Shown: piece by piece, positions 44,052-54,332 of the stretch
Layout of the letters: every line of letters starts with the position of its first letter
Position numbering within the stretch: the first letter of the stretch is position 1
From: an uncultured cyanobacterium
Lineage (GTDB): Bacteria; Cyanobacteriota; Cyanobacteriia; Cyanobacteriales; Cyanobacteriaceae
Length of the DNA: 64,000 nucleotides
Reading direction: 5' to 3'
Assembly: GCA_963710605.1 (NCBI GenBank)
Contig: CAVQBA010000005.1
Location: forward strand, 224,001 to 288,000
Program-made: the position numbers and the translations under genes
The notes under the pieces: model-generated
Database searches by the model: none
Told to the model about the DNA's origin: nothing
The model's input: only the letters and a program-made list of their open reading frames with translations

Positions 44052-46305
44052 CTATATAAATCCTAACTTCGTAGTTGCAATACTTGTTGTAATCAAACTT
44101 ACCAACAGTACGGTATTGATTTGTGTCAATGAAGGATTTGATGCCATGTCTATAAGTCCTCTACTTCTAGCTAAAGGATTAAGAGAAGTATAGTTACTTG
44201 AAATAAGAAGAGGTCTTACTCTTTCTCGTAAATTTTCTGGGCGAATTACTCCTAGTAAAAGTATTTTATCTTTGTTATCCAATTGATTGGTATAAAAAAT
44301 AATTCCACCAACATTAAAAATGATAACTTTTCTAGGGACTTCACCAGGTGCGCCTCTTGTTATGGTTGCTTCTATTATATTTGGTGGTGTTTTCCATACG
44401 TTATCAGGAAGATAATTGCGATATGTTAAAGCATATTCTCCTAATGCAAAAGTTGCTTCTATTATTCCGTTTGGGCTGAGAGGTTTAATGTCATTAAAAG
44501 TCTTCTGTGTTTTGTTCAAAATATCTGGTTTTTTACCTAATACTAGTCTGCCAAAACTTAGGTCATCTGTTGGATGATTCTGCCCTGTATAAAGGTTGAA
44601 CAACATCTTCTACTCCATATCCAAATTCTTGAGAATATAATCCACTAGGATCAATGTAAACAACTGGGTTTGCATTACCATATAAATACTTATGTAAAGA
44701 AAAAGGACTATTAATATCACCCTCATAAGTATCCCGACGAGTAAACCTTCCTACCGATTGATTATAATAACGCTGTCTGAGGTAATACTCATCCAAATTG
44801 TTATCAAATTGCTCACCAGCAAATAAATACTGATTCTCTGCATTTCCAGTCGAATCAATTAAACTACCGAAAGCATCATAATCATAACTAGCAACAATAT
44901 ACCGATTCTCATCAGTTAAAATTCTCGTACTACCTAAACCGTCAACCTGATAAAAAGTAGTTTCATCATTACGAGACTGAGAAATTAAATCCCAACCATA
45001 GACATAACTTACCCCTAACTCACCATCAACATACTCCTCTAACACCTGAGCATAAGAACGATTTTTATCCAATAGATAATTAGTCGTAACCCCATTAACC
45101 GTTTGGGATGTGCGGATATTATCCATGTCATAGGTATAATCAATCACATCTCCATCGGCAGTTTGTACCTGTATAAGTCGATCGTCTAAATCCCAAACAT
45201 AGATAGTCTCCTGACCATTTTGCGTAACCTTAACAGTATTTCCATTCTCATCATACTGATAAACCTTAGTAATATCATCACCCGTTTCTGTCAACAACCA
45301 ATCATTCTGATTGTAAGTATAGATAGTTGTACCTTCAACAGAATCAGCTTTAGTTAAACGATTACCTACAGCATCATAAGTATAATCAATAATCTGACTA
45401 TTATTAATCTTCTCTTGAGTTAGGCGATATAAATTGTCATAATCATACTCCACAACTCGTCCATCATTTTCCTCAACTAAAATACGATTACCAATCTTAT
45501 CCAGAGTATATGTATAACTAGAAACAATGACATTATCAACAACATTCTCCAGATAAGTGAGACGATTGAGTAAATCATAATCCCTGTTTTCTGTCACACC
45601 ATTAGCAAACTCAGTTGTGACTAACTTACCAATACCGTTGTAAAAATAAGTTGTGGTATTGCTATCAATATCTGTAACAGTATCGATACGATTCAAATTA
45701 TCATAACTATATTGAGTATCACCATCAGGCGTTAAAACTCGAATACGATTACCAGCACTGTCATATTGATATTCGATCGTCTTACCACTAGGTAAGTAAA
45801 CACCGTTTGCATCAGTACGAGAAATTAATCTGTTACGCTCGTCATAACTATAAGCGGTTACACCAACGTTATCGGTAACTGTAGCAATTTGTCCTATATT
45901 GGTATAAGTGTAAGTAACTTGACTATTATCAATATAATATTCACCGATAAGACGATTGACCGACTCATAAATATATTCAGTACGATTACCTCTTTCATCA
46001 ATAGTAGCCTTAGTCTGCCCATCTTGATAATATTCAGTTAGAGTACGAGGATTATCAGCAAGATAAGAAGGATTACCATCAGGATAAACTACTTGTGTCC
46101 AATCAATTGTAACTTCTGTTTTCGTTTCATCAACAAAAGAAATAAAATCAGCAAGGGTGTCTATTTCATCAGGATAAATAGTCTCAACTAATTGCCCTTT
46201 CTCATCATAACGATATTCTGTACGTCTATTTAAAGCATCAATTACCGCAATTTGTTGATTGAAATCATTGTACTTATAACGAGTGATTAGAGATCGTATT
46301 AAGTA
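44052..46305 (-). pseudogene. Orphan Rhs core with a C-terminal PD-(D/E)xK-like nuclease toxin (+1 shift near 44578)
   Basis: Open frame 46305-44563 with YD repeats and NPVVYIDPSGL; removing one base continues into KPDIL...FNDIKP. Confidence 0.8.
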
Positions 46306-46361
46306 TCATTTTAGTCAAGTTTTTCTTGTTAGCATAAACAAGATTATCCTCACCAAGAATA

Positions 46362-47141
46362 TTAATTACATTTTTGTCTTCGTAAATATTTTTCTTGTCC
46401 ATATTTATTAAAATTATCCAATTTATATTTAAGACTATTTATTTTATCTAGATCGGATAAATAAAATATAAGAACAATATCTTTAAATTCGCTATTAATA
46501 CAAGGTAAAAAATCTTGAATACTCTCTTCAACGTCATAACCAAATGCACCTAAGGAATTTTCAGTCATCCATCTACGAGAAGGCAAAAACCCTGGTTTTG
46601 TTTGTGGTTCTATATTTTTAAAATTATTAGGGTTTTGTAAAAAATATTTTCCTTTCCAACCAAATATCTGATTTAAGTTATAATCTTCCCATGATATTCT
46701 TCTAACTAATTCATAGTAAGGTATTTGTTCTATTTTTTCTTCTGGAAAAAGAAGAATTTGTCCTCTGGGTAAAGCTATTTTAACTTGAGTGGAAAAACCA
46801 AAATATCCATCGCTATATTTAGACCATAATCGATTTATTTTTTTTAGATAATAACAGCAGATACCCTCTTTTTGCATATATCCTGAATACAGAACCCCAT
46901 TAACGAACCAATTTAATCTAGATAGACCAAAAAAAACTTCTTCCTCTACTTGTTTTCTCACAATAGTAGATATTATATTACTAGTTTCTCGATCGGCTTG
47001 AAACCAATCATGAGAGATAAGTGATTTTTCTAAACGAGAATAATCAATTATTTTTGATTGCCAATGATATAAACCTAAAGCAAAAAAACATAGGCTAAAT
47101 ATTAGAAAATAAATTAAAAATTTACGAAAATATCTACTCAT
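46362..47141 (-). CDS. GUN4-like domain protein with N-terminal TM helix
   Basis: DYSRLEKSL...WFQADRET, INRLWSKYSDGYFGFSTQ, PGFLPS. Confidence 0.85.
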   Translation of the reverse strand: MSRYFRKFLIYFLIFSLCFFALGLYHWQSKIIDYSRLEKSLISHDWFQADRETSNIISTIVRKQVEEEVFFGLSRLNWFVNGVLYSGYMQKEGICCYYLKKINRLWSKYSDGYFGFSTQVKIALPRGQILLFPEEKIEQIPYYELVRRISWEDYNLNQIFGWKGKYFLQNPNNFKNIEPQTKPGFLPSRRWMTENSLGAFGYDVEESIQDFLPCINSEFKDIVLIFYLSDLDKINSLKYKLDNFNKYGQEKYLRRQKCN

Positions 47142-47150
47142 ATTACTTTT

Positions 47151-47660
47151 TTAAATATCATTAAGTCTTTCTACTGACTTTCCACGAGAGAAAACATCTA
47201 TAATATCTAAGCCTACGCCTAATCCAGAAGGATAAAATGCTGACTTTACAGTAATATCAAATAAAGCTCCAAAACTAGGGAGTGCATCAGCAATAAAAGT
47301 CGTACAATTATGAGCTTTTTCTCTCGTCAAAAACAAATTTTCATATTTTATCCCAAAAAGATAAAGTAATGTATATGGAGTTGTTGAATAATAATGTGTT
47401 AGATTCGTTAGGTTGTTTTTTAACTGTGTTTTTTGTGCTTCATTATATTTTATGGCGTACTTATAATAGAAATAATTATTATTAACAATTTCACTCAGCA
47501 CATAATCATTTTCATTTTTTATTTCTGGAGTTACTCCTGAAAACGTATATGCTTGCCCATCAACAGCGATAAATGAATGACCTAGAAGATATTTCGGACT
47601 AAATCCAACATAAACAAATACATCATCAGTAGAAGAAGTATTTGGAGCATTTATTGCTAT
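47151..47660 (-). pseudogene. Orphan toxin domain, permuted papain-like (His...Asn-Cys)
   Basis: LGHSFIAV and HNCTTFIADAL; no convincing start of its own, fused out of frame to an Ig-like fragment. Confidence 0.65.
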
Positions 47661-48292
47661 TACCACGGAATATTTCCACAAACTCGTCACTATCGGCGGT
47701 GGCAATTTCTAGGCTATAGTAATTCAAATTGTCATCGTCAATCGTACCAATAATGTCGGTGGGAGCGGTAATTGTGTTGTTTTCTATACCTGTCAAATCG
47801 AGGGAGACAACAGGGGCAGTAACATCACTACCATCAAAAACTTCAACAGTAATTATATATTCACCGACGTTTCCTGCCTCATCATAACCGTATGCTGTGA
47901 GTTGATATGTACCTAACTCATCAAAGGTAATATTACCGATTCCATAACGATCGAGTTGTATAGCTTGATTATTAACTATTTCAATCTGATTACCTGTGGT
48001 GATATCATCTTCTAGGTTATTAGCAAATAGTTGTAAACCTGTTACACCAACGTTATCAGTGGCTGTTACTTGGAAGGGTATTGTTGAGTTCAGTTCAGCT
48101 TGATATTCTCCATTGACCACAAAAATACTACCAGGTAATAAGTTGACAACAGGAGCGATGTTGTCGGCGGTAACATCAAGAGAAAAGGTTTGTTCGACTT
48201 CTGCTCCTACTTCATCGCTAACTGTAATGGTGATGGTATGATTACCAATATTATCGATCGTCGGTGTCCAACGTAAACGTCCGAAATTGTCA
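47626..48292 (-). pseudogene. Fragment of Ig-like stalk domains of a giant Rhs protein
   Basis: GRLRWTPT, VTATDNVGV, YDEAGNVG, DVTAPVVSL, IIGTIDDDNL; no native start, truncated. Confidence 0.7.
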
Positions 48293-48359
48293 GAATATAT
48301 TTAGCTGTATTTTGCTATAATTACTAAGATCAAAAATCAGAAAAAGAGTTTTATTTTCA

Positions 48360-49256
48360 ATGAGTCAATTTCCTCATGATGACTTTGTTAAAGAATATTT
48401 ACCCGAATTAATATCTAATTATGGGCTCGTAAATTCGGGAAAGAAAATAGCTTCTCAGACGAAAGAAATAGATGTCTTTTTTCAACCTGATAACAAAGTA
48501 AATAATAATTCAAATCAATTAGGTTTACTGGCAAGGTTATTGAGAACAACTTGTTTATTTGAGGTGTATCGAAATTCAGTTACAGTTAATCAAATTAACG
48601 AGTGTATCGGGAAGTTAGTTGACTTGACGACATTATTAGGTAGAGAAAGTAAAAAGAGCAAAAATCAGATTGAAGCAGTAAATTTATGGATTTTAACACC
48701 AACTTTATCACAAAAAATATTAAACTCTTTTGAAGCAAGAACACAAGAGGATTGGGAAGAGGGAATTTATTTTTTACCTTCAGCTTTATCAACGGGAATA
48801 ATAGTTGTACATCAACTGCCAGTAAATAAAGATACTCTGTGGCTAAGAATGTTAGGAAAGGGTAAAGTACAAGAGTTAGCCATCGAAGAATTAAATGCAC
48901 TTCCAAAGGATAATCAATACAGAGACAGTGTTTTAGAGTTGGTCAGTAATTTATTTACAATGCTACAATTAAACCAACAAAAAAAGCAAGAGTTAACCTC
49001 AGAAGATAGACAATTAGTTATGAAATTATCACCTATTTATACTGCTCGATTAAATGAAGTCAGACAACAAGAAGCAACTTTACTAATTGTTCGTCAATTG
49101 AAAAGAAAGATAGGTGAGTTATCTCCTAATTTAGAAGCAAGAGTAATAAGTTTACAAATCGACATTTTAGAAAATTTAGGAGAAGCCTTATTAGATTTTA
49201 ACTCGATCGATCACCTGATTAATTGGTTAAATGAAAACGACAAAGGATTAAAATAA
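48360..49256 (+). CDS. Rpn-like PD-(D/E)xK protein with C-terminal DUF4351-like domain
   Basis: PHDDFVKEY, EIDVFF, LFEVYR, TLWLRMLG; tail LIVRQLKRKIG...LENLGEALLDF...NWL. Confidence 0.78.
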   Translation: MSQFPHDDFVKEYLPELISNYGLVNSGKKIASQTKEIDVFFQPDNKVNNNSNQLGLLARLLRTTCLFEVYRNSVTVNQINECIGKLVDLTTLLGRESKKSKNQIEAVNLWILTPTLSQKILNSFEARTQEDWEEGIYFLPSALSTGIIVVHQLPVNKDTLWLRMLGKGKVQELAIEELNALPKDNQYRDSVLELVSNLFTMLQLNQQKKQELTSEDRQLVMKLSPIYTARLNEVRQQEATLLIVRQLKRKIGELSPNLEARVISLQIDILENLGEALLDFNSIDHLINWLNENDKGLK

Positions 49257-49269
49257 AAAAGATCTGCTG

Positions 49270-49464
49270 AACAACGATTTAAAAGGCATAAAATGACAAA
49301 AGTAGCAGTTTTCGGGATGGGACTTATGGGGCATCCAATGGTGATTAATTTAGCTAATAACGGTATTTCTGTGATAGCTTATAATCGATCGTCATCTAAG
49401 TTAGAATCTTTACAATCGCAAGACAATATTGCAGTCACCACAAACCCGATTGAAGCGATCGAAT
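49270..49464 (+). repeat. 195-bp direct repeat, copy 2
   Basis: Matches 39092-39286. Confidence 0.95.
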
Positions 49465-50168
49465 TTGCTGATTGTCTAATTTTGATGCTTAGTGATTATC
49501 AGGCGATTAAACAAGTTATTTTCGCTGATACGGCTGATTTAACCGCCAAAACAGTGATCCAAATGGGTACAATCGCCCCCGATGAAAGTAAAGCATTATT
49601 AGAGCAAATCCAAGCTAAAGACGGAGAATATTTAGAAGCACCCGTTTTAGGAAGCATTCCTCAAGTCAAAAGCGGTGAATTACTAATCATGGTGGGGGCA
49701 ACAGAAAATCAATTTCAGCAATGGCAAAAATTACTAACTCACTTTAGCCCTAAACCTCTGCTTGTTGGTGAAGTAGGTAAAGCCTCAGCTTTAAAACTTG
49801 CTCTCAATCAAATGATTGCTGGTTTGACAAGTACTTTTGCCTTAAGTTTGAGTTTTGTGCAACAACAAGGAGTAGAAGTCGATACCTTTATGGAAATTCT
49901 GCGTGATAGTGCTTTATATGCTCCGACATTTGACAAAAAATTATCCCGAATGTGCGATCGTAATTTTAGTAATCCTAATTTTCCTAGCAAGCATTTATTA
50001 AAAGATATTAATTTATTCTTGACATCTGCTCAAACTAAAGGTTTAAATACAAAAGGTTTAGAAGGAATAGAAACGATCGTTGCTCAAACTACAAAAAACG
50101 ATCTAGCTGATAGTGATTACTCTGCTTTAATTGAAATGATTAGAAGTCAAACAATTGACAACGTCTAA
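49293..50168 (+). CDS. NAD(P)-dependent beta-hydroxyacid dehydrogenase family oxidoreductase
   Basis: GMGLMG, YNRS, EAPVLGS, LKLALNQ. Confidence 0.92.
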   Translation: MTKVAVFGMGLMGHPMVINLANNGISVIAYNRSSSKLESLQSQDNIAVTTNPIEAIEFADCLILMLSDYQAIKQVIFADTADLTAKTVIQMGTIAPDESKALLEQIQAKDGEYLEAPVLGSIPQVKSGELLIMVGATENQFQQWQKLLTHFSPKPLLVGEVGKASALKLALNQMIAGLTSTFALSLSFVQQQGVEVDTFMEILRDSALYAPTFDKKLSRMCDRNFSNPNFPSKHLLKDINLFLTSAQTKGLNTKGLEGIETIVAQTTKNDLADSDYSALIEMIRSQTIDNV

Positions 50169-50657
50169 AATTAGCAAAATAGAAAATAGATTTATAATTA
50201 AGTAGAAAGTAGTGATTACAAATTAATTCTCCTCTGTTCATTGTTCACTGTTCACTTTTTACTGTTATAGCAGAGAACGAGTTGATTAGGACATGGTATA
50301 AGAACGAAAGCTATACCATATGAGCATTTTACCTTTGCACGAGTGCTATATTTGTTCTTGTCATTAAAGTTTCATCTCTAGTTCACAAGAAAGTCACATC
50401 AGTTGTTTATAGTTATAAATGTCAGCTTAAAACATAAGTTTTCCTCTTTTAGCTCCTTCGCACTTTAGGCTGACTTTTTTTTTTAATTGTCTATACTGAT
50501 AGTTAAGACCAAAAACAACTAGGAGCAAAATATATAATTATCTAATTAAAATCGATCGTCTTTGTCAAACCAGCAATAATTTTTATCTCTCAATCATAAC
50601 TTAAAGATTTTCTCAATATATATTAATTCATTTATTCGTTAACTAATTACACTCATT

Positions 50658-51887
50658 TTGACTATGAAAAACGGACTTCGTCACTTAATCAAGAAAACAA
50701 CTACAGGTGCATCTTTACTCTTGTTAGGTACAGGTATTGGTGTTAGTGTGAATTATCTAGTAAATACACCACAAATATTTGCTCGTGGAGATAATCAAGA
50801 AACATTACTCACTCAACGATCTGAGCGATCGTCTTCCTCTCAATTTGTTGAAGGTGGTGATATCAACTTTGTTTCACAAGTCGTACAAGATGTTGGTCCT
50901 GCGGTAGTGAGAATTAACGCATCTCGTAAAGTTTCTAGTCGTCGAAATGTTCCCCCTATTTTTAACGATCCTTTTTTCCGTGAATTTTTTGGTGATCAAA
51001 TTCCGCAACAACCTAACGAACAAATACAACAAGGTACAGGTTCAGGTTTTATTATTAGTGAAGATGGTAAAATTCTTACTAATGCCCACGTAGTTGAAGG
51101 GGCAAGTGAGGTAACAGTCAACCTCAAAGATGGACGAGTATTAGAAGGTAAAGTTTTAGGTAGCGATTCCTTAACCGATTTAGCCGTAATCAAAATTGAA
51201 GCTGACGAAGAATTGCCTGTTGTGCAAATTGGTAACTCTGATGAGTTGATTATTGGTGAATGGGCGATCGCCATCGGTAATCCTTTAGGCTTAGATAATA
51301 CAGTTACTACAGGAATTATCAGTGCTACGGGCAGATCAAGTTCTCAAATTGGTGTCGGTGATAAAAGATTAGACTTTATCCAAACCGATGCCGCTATCAA
51401 CCCCGGTAACTCAGGTGGACCACTTTTAAACGCTAGAGGTGAAGTGATTGGTATCAATACCGCCATTATTAAAAATGCTCAAGGGTTAGGTTTCGCCATT
51501 CCGATTAATCGTGCCGCTGAAATTGGACAAGCTTTAATCGCTGATGGCAAAGTAGAGCATCCTTATATCGGTATCAGCATGGTTTCATTAAACGAGCAAA
51601 CCAAAACACTAATTAACCAAAATCAACAACTTAATCTCACTGATGAAGAAGGTGTTTTTATCGCTAAAGTTATGCCTAATTCTCCCGCCGCTAAAGCAGG
51701 TTTACAATCAGGAGACATTATTTGGGGTATAGAAGGCATTGAAGTTAATGAGTCTTCTCAAGTACAACGTCAAGTCGCTTCTAGAAAAGTTGGTAGTGAT
51801 ATTACTTTGAATTTACTTCGTAACAATCGAGATCTTGATTTACCTGTCACCTTAGGTATTTTACCTAGTATGAATTCTCGCCAATAG
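50658..51887 (+). CDS. HtrA/HhoA/HhoB serine protease with PDZ domain
   Basis: TNAHVV, DLAV, INPGNSGGPL, C-terminal PDZ. Confidence 0.96.
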   Translation: MTMKNGLRHLIKKTTTGASLLLLGTGIGVSVNYLVNTPQIFARGDNQETLLTQRSERSSSSQFVEGGDINFVSQVVQDVGPAVVRINASRKVSSRRNVPPIFNDPFFREFFGDQIPQQPNEQIQQGTGSGFIISEDGKILTNAHVVEGASEVTVNLKDGRVLEGKVLGSDSLTDLAVIKIEADEELPVVQIGNSDELIIGEWAIAIGNPLGLDNTVTTGIISATGRSSSQIGVGDKRLDFIQTDAAINPGNSGGPLLNARGEVIGINTAIIKNAQGLGFAIPINRAAEIGQALIADGKVEHPYIGISMVSLNEQTKTLINQNQQLNLTDEEGVFIAKVMPNSPAAKAGLQSGDIIWGIEGIEVNESSQVQRQVASRKVGSDITLNLLRNNRDLDLPVTLGILPSMNSRQ

Positions 51888-51951
51888 GATTATTAACCAG
51901 ATTTTCTGTTTTCAAAAAAAAAATAGCATATTTTTTGTTTTATTTAAACAA

Positions 51952-51982
51952 GCTTCCTTAAAATCTAAGGGAGTTTTTTTTT
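51952..51982 (+). terminator. Intrinsic terminator after the protease gene
   Basis: GCTTCCTTA/TAAGGGAGT stem followed by a T-run. Confidence 0.75.
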
Positions 51983-52074
51983 GTTATTTAACTCATATTA
52001 GATTAAATAAATTTTCCGAGAAACAAAGCAAAAAACCTCTATGATAGTATTGTTTTGAGATTTAATCTTTACTA

Positions 52075-52836
52075 ATGAATCAGTATCTACTAATCATTTT
52101 ATTATTATTTGTCAGTGGCTGTCAGAGTTTGCTCACGGGTAATATTCATCTTAAATATGGAAATCCTAGTCAGGCAAGTATTAATAATATCAACAATTAC
52201 TTGCTAGAAAAACCACAATATGCAGTATCTTATAATTGTCAGAATGGTACAGCTAATTGGGTTAGTTGGAAACTCGATCGTACTTGGTTAGGTAATACCG
52301 AGCGTAGTGATGATTTTAGACCAGATCCAGATTTACCGATCGATTGTTATGCTGTTAGTCCGAATGATTATCGTGGTAGCGGATACGATCGAGGACATCT
52401 TACACCATCAGGCGATCGTACGTCAACTGCTTTAGATAATAGTGCTACTTTTTTAATGAGTAATATGATTCCTCAAGCACCTTCAAATAATCGAGAAGTC
52501 TGGCGAGAATTAGAAGAATACAGTCGAGATTTAGTTAATGAAGGCAAAGATTTATATCTTGTTGCCGGTGGTAATGGTAAACTAAAAACGATCGCAAAAG
52601 GAAAAGTAGTTGTACCTAGATATACTTGGAAAGTAATCCTCGTTTCCAATCAAGGTAACTACGAACAAACGATCGCTATTTTAATGCCGAATAATAACAC
52701 TGTCGCTCGTACAGATTGGGAAGATTATATTGTTTCTGTCGATGAAATAGAAGCACTGACAGGATATAATTTTTTCTCCAAACTACCCAATGATACTCAA
52801 AAACAACTTGAAAGCAAAATCTATCAATTCAATTAA
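52075..52836 (+). CDS. nucA: Sugar-non-specific DNA/RNA endonuclease (NucA-like)
   Basis: YDRGHL and SNMIPQ...NN..VW motifs; lipoprotein-like signal. Confidence 0.92.
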   Translation: MNQYLLIILLLFVSGCQSLLTGNIHLKYGNPSQASINNINNYLLEKPQYAVSYNCQNGTANWVSWKLDRTWLGNTERSDDFRPDPDLPIDCYAVSPNDYRGSGYDRGHLTPSGDRTSTALDNSATFLMSNMIPQAPSNNREVWRELEEYSRDLVNEGKDLYLVAGGNGKLKTIAKGKVVVPRYTWKVILVSNQGNYEQTIAILMPNNNTVARTDWEDYIVSVDEIEALTGYNFFSKLPNDTQKQLESKIYQFN

Positions 52837-53189
52837 GTTTCTACCGCTACGGTATGTAAAACAATCCATTCATTATTAGATGATTTACCTACTACATAGA
52901 TATCAATATTAACTTCACCAATCCGATAAATTTTTAACTCAGTTAAGTTAGTTTTCAGCCATTCTATTAATGCTTGGTATTGCTTTACTTCTCTATTCTC
53001 CTCTTTTCCATACCAAGATTTAGATTGAATTGCTTTACTAAAAAATCGATCGATATCAACAGTTTCAGCATCTTCTAAATTGAGCTTATCTAAAGTATCC
53101 CATCTTTCTAACTCCCAAAGTTGATCACTTTCACTACACCACCATAAATCTTCGATTAATTCTGATAATTGTTTAAGCATTATTACCAT
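52833..53189 (-). CDS. nuiA: Nuclease A inhibitor
   Basis: SESD, YRIGEVNIDIYVVG and terminal VET; convergent with nucA. Confidence 0.9.
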   Translation of the reverse strand: MVIMLKQLSELIEDLWWCSESDQLWELERWDTLDKLNLEDAETVDIDRFFSKAIQSKSWYGKEENREVKQYQALIEWLKTNLTELKIYRIGEVNIDIYVVGKSSNNEWIVLHTVAVET

Positions 53190-53414
53190 ATTGGTTATCT
53201 ACACTAATAATTATCACCTTAAAACAAAATTTGTCATCTGGATTAGAAAGAAATTATTCAAAAAGACAAACATTTTTTATCTGAGAAACCATTTAAGATA
53301 AATTTTAAATAGGTAATCATCTAGTAATACCATAGTATTTGAGATTGATACCTCAAAATTTTAGCTCAAATCTTACCATCGCCCCCGAAAACAATCCTGT
53401 TAATCCTTCTATCT

Positions 53415-53521
53415 TATAGCGTTTCCCATAATTATGAGGTACATTTATTATTTACAAGTCCCCCAAGATTGGGGGATTTAGGGGGCTTTCTTTGTACTTT
53501 ATAATAGTGATAATTGCTATA
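53415..53521. mobile_element. MITE-like element
   Basis: TATAGCGTTTCCCATA...GAGGTACA...TGTAC...GTGATAATTGCTATA. Confidence 0.7.
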
Positions 53522-53633
53522 TTTAATCGGTGATATAGACAATGAGAGTATAATTATCGTAATAGTTAATTTTGAGCAACAAGATTCATTCAAAATTAAT
53601 TATCAATTATTAATTATCAATTATCAATTAACG

Positions 53634-54152
53634 ATGCTTTCTTTACTGACTATTTTTAGTTCGATTATCATTTCGGTTTCTGGATTACTATCCTTTTGCA
53701 CCATCCACGTAACTCCATCAACTCCATTGTTAGCTTCTATTCTTCATTTTTCAGGTAATCCTCCAGCAAATTTAGGCGTAAATGAAGGTAATTTGAGCAA
53801 ATGCCCAGATTCTCCTAATTGTGTCGTTAGTCAAGCTAGTGATGATGAAGAGCATTTTATCGAGCCTTTAGATTATGGTAAACTCGATCGAGAAGAAGCT
53901 TACCAAGCGTTTGTCAAAATTTTATCTGTCGTACCCGATACCGAAATAGTCGAGCAAACAGATAACTATATTCATACTGAATCTAGTAGTAAACTAATGG
54001 GTTTTGTTGATGATGCTGAATTTTACTTTCCTGAAGATTCAAGTGTAGTACAATGGCGATCGTCTGCACGGATGGGAGAGTCTGATTTAGGAGTTAATCG
54101 TCGTCGTTTAGAGCAAATTCGTTTAGCTTTTGAAGATTACGTAAACAATTAA
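53634..54152 (+). CDS. DUF1499 family protein
   Basis: CPDSPNCVVSQ, GFVDDAEF, SDLGVNRRRLE; ATG at 53634 preferred. Confidence 0.9.
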   Translation: MLSLLTIFSSIIISVSGLLSFCTIHVTPSTPLLASILHFSGNPPANLGVNEGNLSKCPDSPNCVVSQASDDEEHFIEPLDYGKLDREEAYQAFVKILSVVPDTEIVEQTDNYIHTESSSKLMGFVDDAEFYFPEDSSVVQWRSSARMGESDLGVNRRRLEQIRLAFEDYVNN

Positions 54153-54163
54153 CAGTTGACAAT

Positions 54164-54306
54164 TATAGCAATTATCACCATTACGAGGTACATATAAATC
54201 CCCATCCCCCTTGCCCCTTCGTAAGGGGAAATTTAAGGATGCGCGCTTTTATTTATGGGGACTTGTCGATCGCTAACTGTACTTCACAAGTATGGGAAAC
54301 GCTATA
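54164..54306. mobile_element. MITE-like element, inverted relative to the 53415 copy
   Basis: TATAGCAATTATCAC...GAGGTACA...TGTACTTC...TATGGGAAACGCTATA. Confidence 0.7.
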
Positions 54307-54332
54307 TTGTTTATTTGATTAATTTTTTTTAA

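Noticed and set aside
41674-47141. GUN4-like genes as chlorophyll-synthesis gun4
   Set aside because: They carry N-terminal TM helices, are mutually divergent and sit inside Rhs cassettes.
52075-53189. Nuclease and inhibitor pair as a new toxin-antitoxin system
   Set aside because: Matches the known NucA/NuiA pair.
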